64,000 bases of DNA from positions 640,001 through 704,000 of the forward strand of contig CAVZQC010000004.1 in the NCBI GenBank assembly GCA_963777315.1, written 5' to 3'. Below the pieces are notes generated by a model. That model had not been told where the DNA came from and searched no databases. It saw nothing but the letters and a program-made list of their open reading frames with translations. The translations under genes and the position numbers were made by a program. Shown here one piece after another: positions 31,464-41,274 of this stretch. The DNA is from Vulcanimicrobiota bacterium. Its GTDB lineage: Bacteria; Vulcanimicrobiota; Vulcanimicrobiia; Vulcanimicrobiales; Vulcanimicrobiaceae. Positions within the stretch are counted from its first letter, which is position 1; every line of letters starts with the position of its first letter.

Positions 31464-31968
31464 CGTCGCTCAGGTCCCGCTTCGCTTTCGCCTCGTCGAG
31501 CTCCCCGAAACGTGCCGTCTCAAAGAGCTCCACTCCCCGCACGCCGTCCGCCCAGATGTACTCGTACGTTTTGACTTGACTAAAGCCGCTGCCGTAAGAA
31601 ATTTCCAGCCAGTACGCGGGCATGCCGTTGGACAGTTTCGTGGCGGTTTTCTTGATGAAGACGCTGTCGGCACGGGTGCGCATATCGTTTTCGACGGTCG
31701 TGTCGAAACCGTCGGCGGACCCGTCGAAGTTCTGCATGCGCAGTCCGATGTTGGACATGTCGGTCTTGTTCGGATGACGAACGAATGCGGCGACGATCGT
31801 CGGCTGATCGAACGCAGCCGGGTCGTGCGGCGGAGCGCCGAGCGAGATGAAATCCGGCGGCGCGGTGAACGACATCGCCGGATCGTTATACGTGTTGCCG
31901 GCGGCGATCGCAAGCGACGGCAGCAGATAAAAGAAAGCAGCCAAAACGGCGGCGGCAACGCGATTCAT
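31429..31968 (-). CDS. Hypothetical secreted protein (PsbP-like pattern)
   Basis: Signal peptide MNRVAAAVLAAFF; YNDPAMSFTAPPDF; ATGA overlap with the esterase stop. Confidence 0.7.
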   Translation of the reverse strand: MNRVAAAVLAAFFYLLPSLAIAAGNTYNDPAMSFTAPPDFISLGAPPHDPAAFDQPTIVAAFVRHPNKTDMSNIGLRMQNFDGSADGFDTTVENDMRTRADSVFIKKTATKLSNGMPAYWLEISYGSGFSQVKTYEYIWADGVRGVELFETARFGELDEAKAKRDLSDVSAVAYPKDRF

Positions 31969-33008
31969 GCACTCTCCAGCACGCCGGCCAGCGCCGGCAG
32001 CGATATCTCGTAGCGGTATCCGACGTTTCGATGGTCGTCGTCGAACTCTTCGTGACGCACCTGCAACCCCATGTCGCGCATGCGGGCGGCTAGAACGCGA
32101 GCGCCGACGTCGAGCGCATATTCGTCGCGTCTTCCGCAATCCAGATAACGCAACCGCAGGCGCGCCAGTTCCGCGCGCTTGCTCAGGCACATCTGCGCCG
32201 GGTCGAACTCCAGCCAGCGCGCGAACACCTCCTCGCGCAGCGCGCCGGTCTCGCGGTCGAACGGCAGGTCGAGCTCGAAAGCCGCACGGCCCGCAGGCGA
32301 ATAAGCCGCCGTGTATGCGAGCATCTCCATCGTCGTGTATTCGGAGGGTGAACGCTTGGGTTTGCCCTCGAATGCTTGGACGAAAGCCGCGATGTCGAAA
32401 TCGTACTTTTCGAGCGTGCGATGGACCTCGGCAAAGCTGTGCGGGTGCGCGTACGGAAAATACGAGTCGCCGCTGTGCGAGGCAAACGCTGCAAAGATGC
32501 CCGGGTACTGCATGCTCAAATACAGCGAACCAAAGCCCCCGGATGACTTTCCAAGCACTGCCCGGCCGCCTTCATCCGCGATGGTACGATACGCCGAATC
32601 GACGTAGCCAACGACGTCCCGAACGGTATACGTGGCGTAGTCGCCGTTATGGATCGAATTGACGTACTGCGATCCGCCAAGGCGAGTAAAACCATCGACG
32701 ACGATCAGCAGCGACGGCTGCATCCGTTCCTGGACGATGAGGCGATCGATCCATTGAACGACGTTCGTTTCCCACGGCCGCGCCGCTACCAGCGCGGCAG
32801 CATCGCCCGTATATCCGTGAAGGCAGTAGAGCGCCGGATAGCGGGCCGAACCTTGAGGATCGTACTGCGGCGGAGTGTAGACGACGATCGGACGCTGCGC
32901 CGGATCGCCCAGCGCATTGTCTTCCAGCGCCGGGCTAGTGATGAAATCGACGTGCACGTCTCCCTGCAATCGAAGCAGGCGCGCAAGGGGCGAATTCGCA
33001 GAATGCAT
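31965..33008 (-). CDS. Esterase family alpha/beta hydrolase (Fes-like)
   Basis: VYTPPQY..YPALYCLHG; GKSSGG nucleophile elbow. Confidence 0.88.
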   Translation of the reverse strand: MHSANSPLARLLRLQGDVHVDFITSPALEDNALGDPAQRPIVVYTPPQYDPQGSARYPALYCLHGYTGDAAALVAARPWETNVVQWIDRLIVQERMQPSLLIVVDGFTRLGGSQYVNSIHNGDYATYTVRDVVGYVDSAYRTIADEGGRAVLGKSSGGFGSLYLSMQYPGIFAAFASHSGDSYFPYAHPHSFAEVHRTLEKYDFDIAAFVQAFEGKPKRSPSEYTTMEMLAYTAAYSPAGRAAFELDLPFDRETGALREEVFARWLEFDPAQMCLSKRAELARLRLRYLDCGRRDEYALDVGARVLAARMRDMGLQVRHEEFDDDHRNVGYRYEISLPALAGVLESA

Positions 33009-33062
33009 ACGGCGCCGTTCGCTGCCAGGGTCGCCCGTTACTACACCGAAACCACCGCGCGT

Positions 33063-35540
33063 ATGCGCACGGTCAAAGCCGCCATGGTTTTGCCGCTGAG
33101 CGCCGCCATAGCGATCGCGCTCTGCGCGTTTGCGCCGGCGAACGCGCACGCAGCGCAGTCGCCCGGCTTCTTGTACGGCGCCGCGTTTTTTTACGAACGT
33201 GTTCCGCGCTCGCAGTGGGCCGCGGCGCTGGCTCGATACCGCAGCATGGGCATCAACACGATCGACGTGTACGTGATGTGGAATTGGCACGAGCCCACAC
33301 CGGGCCGGTTCGACTTTACCGGCCGCACCAATTCGCGGCGCGATCTCGTCGGGTTGTTCAAACTGCTGCACGCCGACGGCATGCGCGTCGTGCTGCGCCC
33401 AGGGCCCGTCATTCGCAACGAATGGCGCAACGCAGGCTATCCGGCCTGGCTGCTGGAGCGCCCTGCGTATCGCATGCCCCTGCGCGACGTGCTCGAAGGG
33501 CGGTATCCCGCCGCTGCAACGTTACAAAACGAACATTCCGACGCCGCCGCCGCCGAATGGATGCGCAACCGCGTGCACATGCGCTATGCCACCCTGTGGC
33601 TGCAGACGGTTCTGCGCATCCTGACTCCATGGAGAGGCGACATCTTTGCCGTCGCCCTGGATGACGACCAGGGTGCGTACCTGGACAACGACACCTGGCC
33701 TGCGCCGCATTTTCACAAATACATTTCCTACTTGAAGTCGGTCGTGCACGGCGTCATGGGCAAGGCGATGCCCGTCTTCATCAACACGTACGAGATGAAA
33801 GTGACGGCATCCGCACCGGTCTGGGCGTGGGGTGACTGGTATCAGAGCGACGCATACAGCATCGGCGAGCACGACCGCGCGCAGTTGGAATTTTCAACGG
33901 GCCTGCTTGCGACGCAACCAGGGCGCCCAGTGATGATCGGCGAGTTTCAGGCCGGCTGGCTGCAGGGCGCGGATCAAGCCGCACCACGTGCCGCCGATCC
34001 GTCCAATACGACGCTCGCGCTGCATACGCTGCTGCAGCTGGGCGTACACGGCATCGTCGATTTTCCGCTGCAGGACACGCTCTCTCCGGCCGGCTGGGAA
34101 GCGCCCTGGACCAATGCGTTTTACTCTTGGGACGCCGCGCTCTCGGTGCAGTTGAGTCCGCAGGCGCGCTATGCGCCGACGCAGCGTTTCGGCGATCTCG
34201 TCGCGCGCTACGGCCGTTTCTTGGCGCGGACGCACCCTGCCGCGGATGCGGCACTGGCGTATCTGACCAGCGCGTACGATGCATCGAAGCTGCACAATGC
34301 GGACGTCGCGCGGATCGCACAAGCGACGATGGCCGCGCAACGCGGCTGCCGCGTAATGCACGTTACCTGCGCGATGGTCGATCTGCGGTACGCCGGCATG
34401 CGCGATCTTCAGCGGTACGACGTCCTCATCGCGCCGCCCAACGGCGTCAGATTGCCGTACATCAGCTCGGTGACGCGCAAGCTCGCGCGGTTCCGGGCCG
34501 CGGGCGGCCGCATTGTTCCGAGCGCGCGCGCAGCCCGCATCGAGTCGCCGGCGGCCGGCGGCATTCCGGACGCGGCGCTGCTCGTGGCCGACGACCGCCG
34601 ATACGCGTTCCTCGACGTAGTGAATTACGGATGGTCCGTCCTGCACACGCGCCCCGCTCGCGTGCACGGCGGCCGCTTTTCCGGCTTTGCTCCGGAGCTT
34701 TCCATTCCGCCGCGCGACGCGCTCCTGCTTCCGCTTGGCATTGACGCGACAAAACCGCCGCAACGACCCGCCGTTCGCGGGCTCGCCCACGGATTTGCGG
34801 TGCCGCTTCGCTCGGGCAGCTACGTGCGCTCGACGCTGCGCAGCAGAAACGGCGTATACTCGTTGGACGTTTACCAAGACGGCTATCCGGCCGTGATATT
34901 TGAGAATGCAGGGCTTCGACTCATCGTTTCACCCTGTGCCGGCGCGCGTTCGTTCGTTTTTGAAGACAAAAGGACCGGCGAAAACCTGTTCACGACGGTC
35001 GGCGGGCTGCGCGATGCGTGGACGCCGCAGCTCCCGCCGTCGCCGCGAGATTACATCGCAGCGTACACGCATCCCATTGCCGCCGGCACGTTCAACCGGT
35101 GTTACGCGACACGCATCCGAGCAGCAGGCGCCGATTTCGCGTATACCGCGCCGGACGCTCCACCGCACGGCGCATCGTATCACAAGCATATCGCGTTGAG
35201 CGCATCCGGCTCGTTCTTCGTAACGACCCTTGCAAGCTTCAATGGCGCCGGCAAAGAGCGCGCGCAGCAGCTCACCTCTTTTGCGCTCGGGCCGGACGCG
35301 CGGATATACGAATCGATCAACGGTCTGGCGATTTACGAACCATCGCGCGAACGCGCAACGCTCGCCGCATGGGCGCCGGCGGGCGTGCAAGCCCACTCGC
35401 TGGCGCGGCACGCGCAAGACGCGCTGCTGACTTTGACGTTCGCGCGGGGGCATGCGTGCGAAACCGCGTACGGCTTGGCACGCGTACGGTCGCCGCAGCA
35501 AGCGCAGGCGGCACTGCGCAAATTCGCGAAACGGCCGTAG
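33063..35540 (+). CDS. Secreted GH35-family (beta-galactosidase-like) glycoside hydrolase
   Basis: MGINTIDVYVMWNWHEPTPGRFDF, LRPGPVIRNEW..GYPAWL, EFQAGW. Confidence 0.88.
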   Translation: MRTVKAAMVLPLSAAIAIALCAFAPANAHAAQSPGFLYGAAFFYERVPRSQWAAALARYRSMGINTIDVYVMWNWHEPTPGRFDFTGRTNSRRDLVGLFKLLHADGMRVVLRPGPVIRNEWRNAGYPAWLLERPAYRMPLRDVLEGRYPAAATLQNEHSDAAAAEWMRNRVHMRYATLWLQTVLRILTPWRGDIFAVALDDDQGAYLDNDTWPAPHFHKYISYLKSVVHGVMGKAMPVFINTYEMKVTASAPVWAWGDWYQSDAYSIGEHDRAQLEFSTGLLATQPGRPVMIGEFQAGWLQGADQAAPRAADPSNTTLALHTLLQLGVHGIVDFPLQDTLSPAGWEAPWTNAFYSWDAALSVQLSPQARYAPTQRFGDLVARYGRFLARTHPAADAALAYLTSAYDASKLHNADVARIAQATMAAQRGCRVMHVTCAMVDLRYAGMRDLQRYDVLIAPPNGVRLPYISSVTRKLARFRAAGGRIVPSARAARIESPAAGGIPDAALLVADDRRYAFLDVVNYGWSVLHTRPARVHGGRFSGFAPELSIPPRDALLLPLGIDATKPPQRPAVRGLAHGFAVPLRSGSYVRSTLRSRNGVYSLDVYQDGYPAVIFENAGLRLIVSPCAGARSFVFEDKRTGENLFTTVGGLRDAWTPQLPPSPRDYIAAYTHPIAAGTFNRCYATRIRAAGADFAYTAPDAPPHGASYHKHIALSASGSFFVTTLASFNGAGKERAQQLTSFALGPDARIYESINGLAIYEPSRERATLAAWAPAGVQAHSLARHAQDALLTLTFARGHACETAYGLARVRSPQQAQAALRKFAKRP

Positions 35541-35546
35541 TCCTGT

Positions 35547-35627
35547 GGGGAAGTGGCGGAATGGCAGACGCAGCCGCCTCAAAAGCGGCCGGGTAACACC
35601 GTGCGGGTTCGAGTCCCGCTTTCCCCA
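35547..35627 (+). tRNA. tRNA-Leu (CAA)
   Basis: Anticodon arm GCCGC-CT-CAA-AA-GCGGC; long variable arm. Confidence 0.96.
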
Positions 35628-35660
35628 GGAACCGGCTCACCATCATCCACGCCGAGCAGA

Positions 35661-36929
35661 TTGTTGATACAACCGGGACCGCTGCGCGGTATCATCCGCG
35701 TACCGGGCGACAAATCGATTTCGCATCGCGCGCTTATTGTGTCGGCCGCGAGTCGCCATCCGATAACGGTCACTAACGTGAATCCCGGCCGCGACGTGCT
35801 TGCGACCATGAATGCCTTGCGTGCCGTCGGAGCTCGCGTTGAACGCGCTCAGCCTGAGGGCGCCGTAACGGTTTGCGCGGGCGAGCTGCACGACCCGTAC
35901 ACGGCGATCGACTGCATGAACTCCGGCTCGACGGCCCGCATGATGATGGGCGTATTGAGCGGAGCGAACCTGCACGGCGAATTGATCGGCGACGAATCGC
36001 TGCGAGCGCGGCCGATGGAGCCGGTGAGCGCTCAACTTCGCGCATTCGGCGCCCGAATCCAAACCGCTGACGGCACGCTGCCGGCGACCGTTCGAGGAAC
36101 GGATAAGCCGCAGACTCGCAGGTTCATTCTGCTTGCGCCCTCGGCGCAAATCAAAACGGCGCTCCTCTTGGCCGGCCTATTCGCCGGCGTGGCCGTCGCG
36201 ACGTTCGGCGACAAAGGATCGCGCGACCATACCGAACGGCTTTTGCGCTGGCTGGACGCAGACATCGACTTCGACCGTTCCACAGTCGAAATGCGTTCGG
36301 GTCCGCGCCATTATCGCGACGTCGAAGTCGTCGGAGACTTTTCTGCAGCCGCTTTTTTTATTGCTGCCGCTACCGTCGCGCCGGGAAGCTCGATTAGGAT
36401 CCTCTCGGTAGGAGTAAACCAATCGCGTACCGGCTTGCTGGAAGCGCTGCAGCACATGGGTGCCCGCATCCGCTTGGAGAACCGGCACGAGATCTGCGGC
36501 GAGCCCGTGGCCGACATCGCCGTCGACTCCGCGGAATTGCGCGGTATCGCCGTCGGCGCCGACATCGCTTTGCGCGCCGTCGACGAAATCATGGTGCTGG
36601 CCGTCGCGGCCGCGTTCGCCCGGGGCGCAACGCGCATCACCGGCATCGCGGACTTGCGAAACAAGGAAACCGATCGTATCGCCGCCGTCGAAAGGCTGTT
36701 GGCGCCGGCAGGCATACGCGTCGAAACTTTGCCCAACGGGATCGCGGTTCACGGCGGCGCTCCGCGCTGCACGGGTGCGACAGCGGTGACCGAAGGCGAC
36801 CACCGAACCGCAATGGCGGCGGCGGCTTTGGCCGCCGGCGCCGGACCCGTGGTAATCGATGACGAATCTGCCATCGAAGTGAGTTTTCCGTTTTTTCTCC
36901 AGACCTTGCAGCGGTCCCAACAGCGGTGA
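35661..36929 (+). CDS. aroA: EPSP synthase (class II-like)
   Basis: PGDKSISHR, NSGST, RPM, SAQIK, RDHTE, LRNKETDR, DHR; first start codon after the tRNA is TTG 35661. Confidence 0.93.
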   Translation: MLIQPGPLRGIIRVPGDKSISHRALIVSAASRHPITVTNVNPGRDVLATMNALRAVGARVERAQPEGAVTVCAGELHDPYTAIDCMNSGSTARMMMGVLSGANLHGELIGDESLRARPMEPVSAQLRAFGARIQTADGTLPATVRGTDKPQTRRFILLAPSAQIKTALLLAGLFAGVAVATFGDKGSRDHTERLLRWLDADIDFDRSTVEMRSGPRHYRDVEVVGDFSAAAFFIAAATVAPGSSIRILSVGVNQSRTGLLEALQHMGARIRLENRHEICGEPVADIAVDSAELRGIAVGADIALRAVDEIMVLAVAAAFARGATRITGIADLRNKETDRIAAVERLLAPAGIRVETLPNGIAVHGGAPRCTGATAVTEGDHRTAMAAAALAAGAGPVVIDDESAIEVSFPFFLQTLQRSQQR

Positions 36930-37984
36930 CCCAGCAAGCTCGGTACTCCGCGAACGAATTCGAGCGCGAATCGCGCTACATCGACAATCTCATTTGGGAC
37001 GCGCTGACGATCGAACGCGGCCAGCGCTTGCTGTTTTGTGGTTACGGCGAAGACGCCAAATGGCCAAAGCGCGCCATCGAAGCCGGCGCCGACGTAACCG
37101 TTATCGAACACCGCGAACAGGTCATTCGCGAATTCGAAAATATCGGCGCGCAGTCGTTGCGCGGAAGCACGTCGGTCATACCCGCAAAGGCCGATGCGTT
37201 CGATGTGGGGATCTCGTTTCATTATCTGCACGAAACCGATCCTTTTTTCCACGCGCAAATCGTTTCGGAGCTCGCTAGAGTATCCAAACGCGTCGCGATC
37301 GTCGAGCCTGGACCGCCTGCCGACGCGCTCGGAAAGAAAATCGTTCGCCTGTATTCGCAGGCAAAACGCGAGCTCGGCCAGTTCGAGTATTATCAGCCGC
37401 TCGAGTATTGGCGAAAACTGCTGCAATCGGTCAAGGCCGACGTTTCGCAACACGTGTTCGCGTTTGCAAAAATGCCGCCGCGCGAATATTTGCGCGACAC
37501 GATCGAACTGCTGCTCGACACGATGGCGGTCGAGGGCGCGCCGGGGCCGGATTTGGAGGAGCTGCGGGCCATAGCACGCCGTTCGGACGCTATGATGTTG
37601 CCGCCGCCGCGCTTTGTGATCGCGGGCGCAGCTGCCGGCGATCTTCCTGCGCCCATCTTCACTCCCCGCGAGGAACCTACGCCCACGCCGGCCATCGCCA
37701 AGGCTGCCCAGAGCCGGGAGCCGGTTCCGGAGTTCCCGCCGTCGATGCCGCGTCCCGCAGAGTCGCCCCGCACACCGGGCCTGCCCCAGCCGATGCCGCC
37801 CCCACCTGCTTGGGCGCCGCCGCCCGCCGGCATGCCGTTTGGTGCACCGTTCGCCGTCCCCGCAGACGCGCCGCCGAATTCTCCGGGCTTCGGCATCCCG
37901 CCGGTGCCTGGAGGACCGATGCCGCCGGGCGCGCCGCCTGGCTGGCAGTGGGAGCCGCCTGAGAACGAGGAATCCTCGAGCTAG
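36926..37984 (+). CDS. Class I SAM-methyltransferase-like domain with Pro-rich C-terminal tail
   Basis: GQRLLFCGYG, IPAKADAFDVGISFHYLHE, ELARVSK; GTGA overlap with aroA. Confidence 0.6.
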   Translation: MTQQARYSANEFERESRYIDNLIWDALTIERGQRLLFCGYGEDAKWPKRAIEAGADVTVIEHREQVIREFENIGAQSLRGSTSVIPAKADAFDVGISFHYLHETDPFFHAQIVSELARVSKRVAIVEPGPPADALGKKIVRLYSQAKRELGQFEYYQPLEYWRKLLQSVKADVSQHVFAFAKMPPREYLRDTIELLLDTMAVEGAPGPDLEELRAIARRSDAMMLPPPRFVIAGAAAGDLPAPIFTPREEPTPTPAIAKAAQSREPVPEFPPSMPRPAESPRTPGLPQPMPPPPAWAPPPAGMPFGAPFAVPADAPPNSPGFGIPPVPGGPMPPGAPPGWQWEPPENEESSS

Positions 37985-38316
37985 CGCAAGTCCTCGACCA
38001 GCGCGGTGACTTCATCAGCGGCCTGCTCCACCGCGAAGCGGGCTTGGCCCACGCCCGTGGCACCAACGCTGCCCGCAATCGACGAAACGGCCACCTGAGC
38101 GCGTGAGGCAAGCGGTTCGGCCTGCTTGGCCAGCCGCGAGAAGCGCTTAGCCTGCATCTGCATGGATTCCAGAGCTAGGAGCATCTCCGAGCTGCGAAGC
38201 CGGCGCAGCCGGCTGCTCAGGCGCAACGCTTGCAGCAGCGTGCGCAGCATCGAAACCACCGCAAGCAGAACGCCTGCAGCGCACAGGGCCACGAGTATCC
38301 ACGTCCAGGGACTCAT
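37981..38316 (-). CDS. Hypothetical membrane-anchored helical protein
   Basis: N-terminal TM helix followed by helical segment. Confidence 0.65.
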   Translation of the reverse strand: MSPWTWILVALCAAGVLLAVVSMLRTLLQALRLSSRLRRLRSSEMLLALESMQMQAKRFSRLAKQAEPLASRAQVAVSSIAGSVGATGVGQARFAVEQAADEVTALVEDLR

Positions 38317-38321
38317 CCGCC

Positions 38322-38642
38322 CTACGCCGCGGATTCGTTGCTAGGCGGCTTCGGCGTCGTTGCCGGCGCGGTAGCGGCAGCCGGTGCGGCAGGCCCTGCG
38401 GGCGATTCGGATGCGGGGCCGGCCGGTTTGGATTCGCCGGTGGGCGCAGCGGCAGCCGATTCTTTCTTGCGCGAATCCGTGACGTAAAAGCCGGAGCCCT
38501 TGAAGATGATTGGCGCCGGACCGATGACCCGCTGCAGCTTGGCGCCGCAAGAATCGCACGGCTGTTCGTACGTTTCATCGAAGCCGTGGCGGACCTCGAT
38601 GACCTTATGGCAACCCGAACAACGGTAGTCGTATAACGGCAT
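38322..38642 (-). CDS. FmdB-family zinc-ribbon protein
   Basis: MPLYDYRCSGC..CDSCG..IIFKGSGFYVTD. Confidence 0.93.
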   Translation of the reverse strand: MPLYDYRCSGCHKVIEVRHGFDETYEQPCDSCGAKLQRVIGPAPIIFKGSGFYVTDSRKKESAAAAPTGESKPAGPASESPAGPAAPAAATAPATTPKPPSNESAA

Positions 38643-38688
38643 ATCGAAAGTAAGTATAGCGAGCCTTAGCAGTCTTAGTCAATCACTG

Positions 38689-39207
38689 CTAAAAATCGGC
38701 CAAGAGATCGTCTTTCGAGCTGCCGTTGTACTCGGCCAGATGCTTGAAATGGACGGCGGATTCTTCCAGATGCGTAGCCAGCTTTCGGGCAGATCCGACC
38801 GCGTCGTACAGCATCGCCAGTTTACCGCCGTACGCAGGATACTGCAGCCTAAGGTGCAGCTTGCAGCGCTTGGTCTTGCGCTCCAGCCGAAACTCCATTC
38901 GCCGGCGCACCGAATATGCGCCGACGAGCGAAAGCTGATGGTTGCTGATGAAGTGTTCCACTTCAAACAATTGTTCGGATTCGCCGGGGACTGCCGACCG
39001 CACCACAATCTCGCTTCCGGCACGCAACGGGACGTGCGGGTCTTTCAGCTCGGCGCTGCGCAAAAAAGAAAGCCATACGGGCCACTTTTCGACTGCGCAG
39101 AGCAGTGAGAACGCCTTTTCCGCGCCGGCCTCGACATCGGTGCTCGCGCTGAGCGAACGCGTACCGGGCGCGGCGTTCCTATCCGGTGCATCGCGTAACA
39201 TTGCCAT
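38689..39207 (-). CDS. SRPBCC (polyketide cyclase-like) family protein
   Basis: SASTDVEAGAEKAFSLLCAVEKWPVW; start uncertain. Confidence 0.7.
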   Translation of the reverse strand: MAMLRDAPDRNAAPGTRSLSASTDVEAGAEKAFSLLCAVEKWPVWLSFLRSAELKDPHVPLRAGSEIVVRSAVPGESEQLFEVEHFISNHQLSLVGAYSVRRRMEFRLERKTKRCKLHLRLQYPAYGGKLAMLYDAVGSARKLATHLEESAVHFKHLAEYNGSSKDDLLADF

Positions 39208-39296
39208 TCTCGCTGCATTCGGCGGCACTGCATCACGCGCCCTTTTCGCCGAATATGCACAAGAGCCGCGGCTATTATCCACAACGCACTCGCAGC

Positions 39297-40478
39297 TTAT
39301 TCAAAGCCGACTTCACCGCTTGCGACTGCAGTGGCGAACGCGACCAGCGTCTGAACGCCCACCGGCAACGCATCTTCGTCCAAGCGGAACTGCGCGCTGT
39401 GACCGGGGTGCACCGATCCGGCTTTTTCGCTGCGCACACCCAAACGAACGTGAATGCCCGGAACGCGCTGCGCAAAATATGCGAAGTCTTCCGCTCCCAT
39501 CGTCGGCGGCGGACTTACTACCTTCAGTTTGGAGTGCGCGGTCATGTACGCTTTGAAGTTTTGCGCCAGCAGAACGTGGTTGATGACCGGCGGATACCCA
39601 TATTCGATCTCCAACCGAACCTTTACGCCATAGGCTGCCGCGATACCGTCGAGTATCCGGCGCACGCGAGCCTCGAGCCCGTTACGTATTTCCGGATCGT
39701 GCGCGCGCAGCGTGCCGGTCATTTTCACTTCGTCGGCGATGACGTTGTTGCGATAGCCGCCGGCGATCGTGCCGATCGTCACCACGACGCTTTTGAGCGG
39801 ATCCGTTTCGCGCGCGGCAATGTTTTGCAGCGCGAGCACCATAGCCGCGCAGGCCGGAATCGCGTCGGCAGCCGTGTGCGGATATGCTCCGTGCCCGCCG
39901 CGCCCTTCGACGGTAATGCGCAATTCGTCGGCCGACGCATTCACCGGACCCGGCGTTATTCCGATTTGTCCCGGCTCTAGGCGCGGATCGACGTGCAGCA
40001 TGGCAATCGCTTCGACTTTCGGATCGTCCAGCGCACCCTCATCGATCATCGGTTCGGCTCCGCCCGGGCCCTCCTCGGCCGGTTGAAACACCAGGACGAC
40101 GGTGCCGTGCAAGTCCGCTCGTCCGGTTTGAAGCACCCGCGCAGCGCCCAGCAGCATTGCCGTGTGCGCGTCGTGTCCGCACGCGTGCATTTTGCCGGGC
40201 ACTTCGGATGAAAACGGCTCGCCGGATTTTTCGGTGATCGGCAAGGCGTCCATGTCGGCCCGCAACGCCGCCACGCGCCCCGGTTTTCGGCCGCGAATGA
40301 CGCCGACGACTCCGGTCTTGGCCGCTCGCCGGTGCTCGATTCCCAACTCGTCCAACTCGCGCTCGACCAACGCTTGCGTGCGGTTCTCTTCATAACCGAG
40401 CTCGGGATGGCGATGGATATCGCGGCGCAATTCGACCACGCGAGCCCGAACGTCGTCCTGCGGAATGATAACGCTCAT
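39297..40478 (-). CDS. M20D amidohydrolase
   Basis: HRHPELGYEE, RADMDALP, MHACGHDAH, FQPAEE, GAEDF. Confidence 0.95.
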   Translation of the reverse strand: MSVIIPQDDVRARVVELRRDIHRHPELGYEENRTQALVERELDELGIEHRRAAKTGVVGVIRGRKPGRVAALRADMDALPITEKSGEPFSSEVPGKMHACGHDAHTAMLLGAARVLQTGRADLHGTVVLVFQPAEEGPGGAEPMIDEGALDDPKVEAIAMLHVDPRLEPGQIGITPGPVNASADELRITVEGRGGHGAYPHTAADAIPACAAMVLALQNIAARETDPLKSVVVTIGTIAGGYRNNVIADEVKMTGTLRAHDPEIRNGLEARVRRILDGIAAAYGVKVRLEIEYGYPPVINHVLLAQNFKAYMTAHSKLKVVSPPPTMGAEDFAYFAQRVPGIHVRLGVRSEKAGSVHPGHSAQFRLDEDALPVGVQTLVAFATAVASGEVGFE

Positions 40479-40531
40479 GCCGCGCAGTTGGCGCGGCGGT
40501 AAAGCGGGCCCTTCGCGCGAAAGAGAAACCG

Positions 40532-41266
40532 ATGCTTTCCCCGGACGTTGCGCTGGTCGGACTGATCAACCGTACGGCTACCGCCTACGTGCAAAACGCG
40601 CCCGCGTACATTTCGTTTCGCGAGCGCACGCATATCAGCGCGCCAAGCCTGGGCCGCAGCCAGGACATCAATCGGTTCGTGCGGGTCCGGCAGGCGGATG
40701 ATTACGCCGTCATGCAGGACTTACCCCAAGGAGCGCAGCGCGTTGGGCAAGCGTTCCCGATCATACCGTACTTCGATCCGTTCACCCAGTTCAGCTTCTC
40801 TTGGTATGCCAACCTCAAACGGGTCGATATCACGTTAAACCGCGGACAGGTGGGACTTTGGCCGTTTCCGCAGCCCGATCCGTCGGTCAACGCCGTAGTA
40901 CCCTACTTGAGTTTTTGGGCACCCGTTTACATGCAGGACTCCACGCAGTCGCAATTGCACGTGCGCATCACGCCCACGCCGTCGTACGGCCAAGGTTTCT
41001 ACCCGTACGATGTGCAGGAAGATGCGAAAACCGGCCTACCCTCGCACGTCGAGATGCGCACGACCGACGATACCCAAACGATCACCTTCGATTACCGCGT
41101 GCTGCAAGGGCATTGGGTCATCACGCATGGGACCTTTTCGTCGATGGAGCATTTCGGCCCGATGACGTTTGCGGTCATTGCCGACACCTCGTACGAAGAC
41201 ATCACGTTTCCTACTGCCGCGCCCGATCCGCGTTTGGCGGGCACGCCGGCTCCGACGCCGACGTAA
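40532..41266 (+). CDS. Hypothetical beta-rich protein, paralog-like to 20141 and 21052
   Basis: Long open frame; PAYISFRE, DAKTGLPSHV, ITFP motifs. Confidence 0.7.
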   Translation: MLSPDVALVGLINRTATAYVQNAPAYISFRERTHISAPSLGRSQDINRFVRVRQADDYAVMQDLPQGAQRVGQAFPIIPYFDPFTQFSFSWYANLKRVDITLNRGQVGLWPFPQPDPSVNAVVPYLSFWAPVYMQDSTQSQLHVRITPTPSYGQGFYPYDVQEDAKTGLPSHVEMRTTDDTQTITFDYRVLQGHWVITHGTFSSMEHFGPMTFAVIADTSYEDITFPTAAPDPRLAGTPAPTPT

Positions 41267-41274
41267 AATCTGCG

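Noticed and set aside
35553..35660. N-terminal extension of AroA
   Set aside because: It is read through the tRNA-Leu gene; similarity to AroA begins after the tRNA
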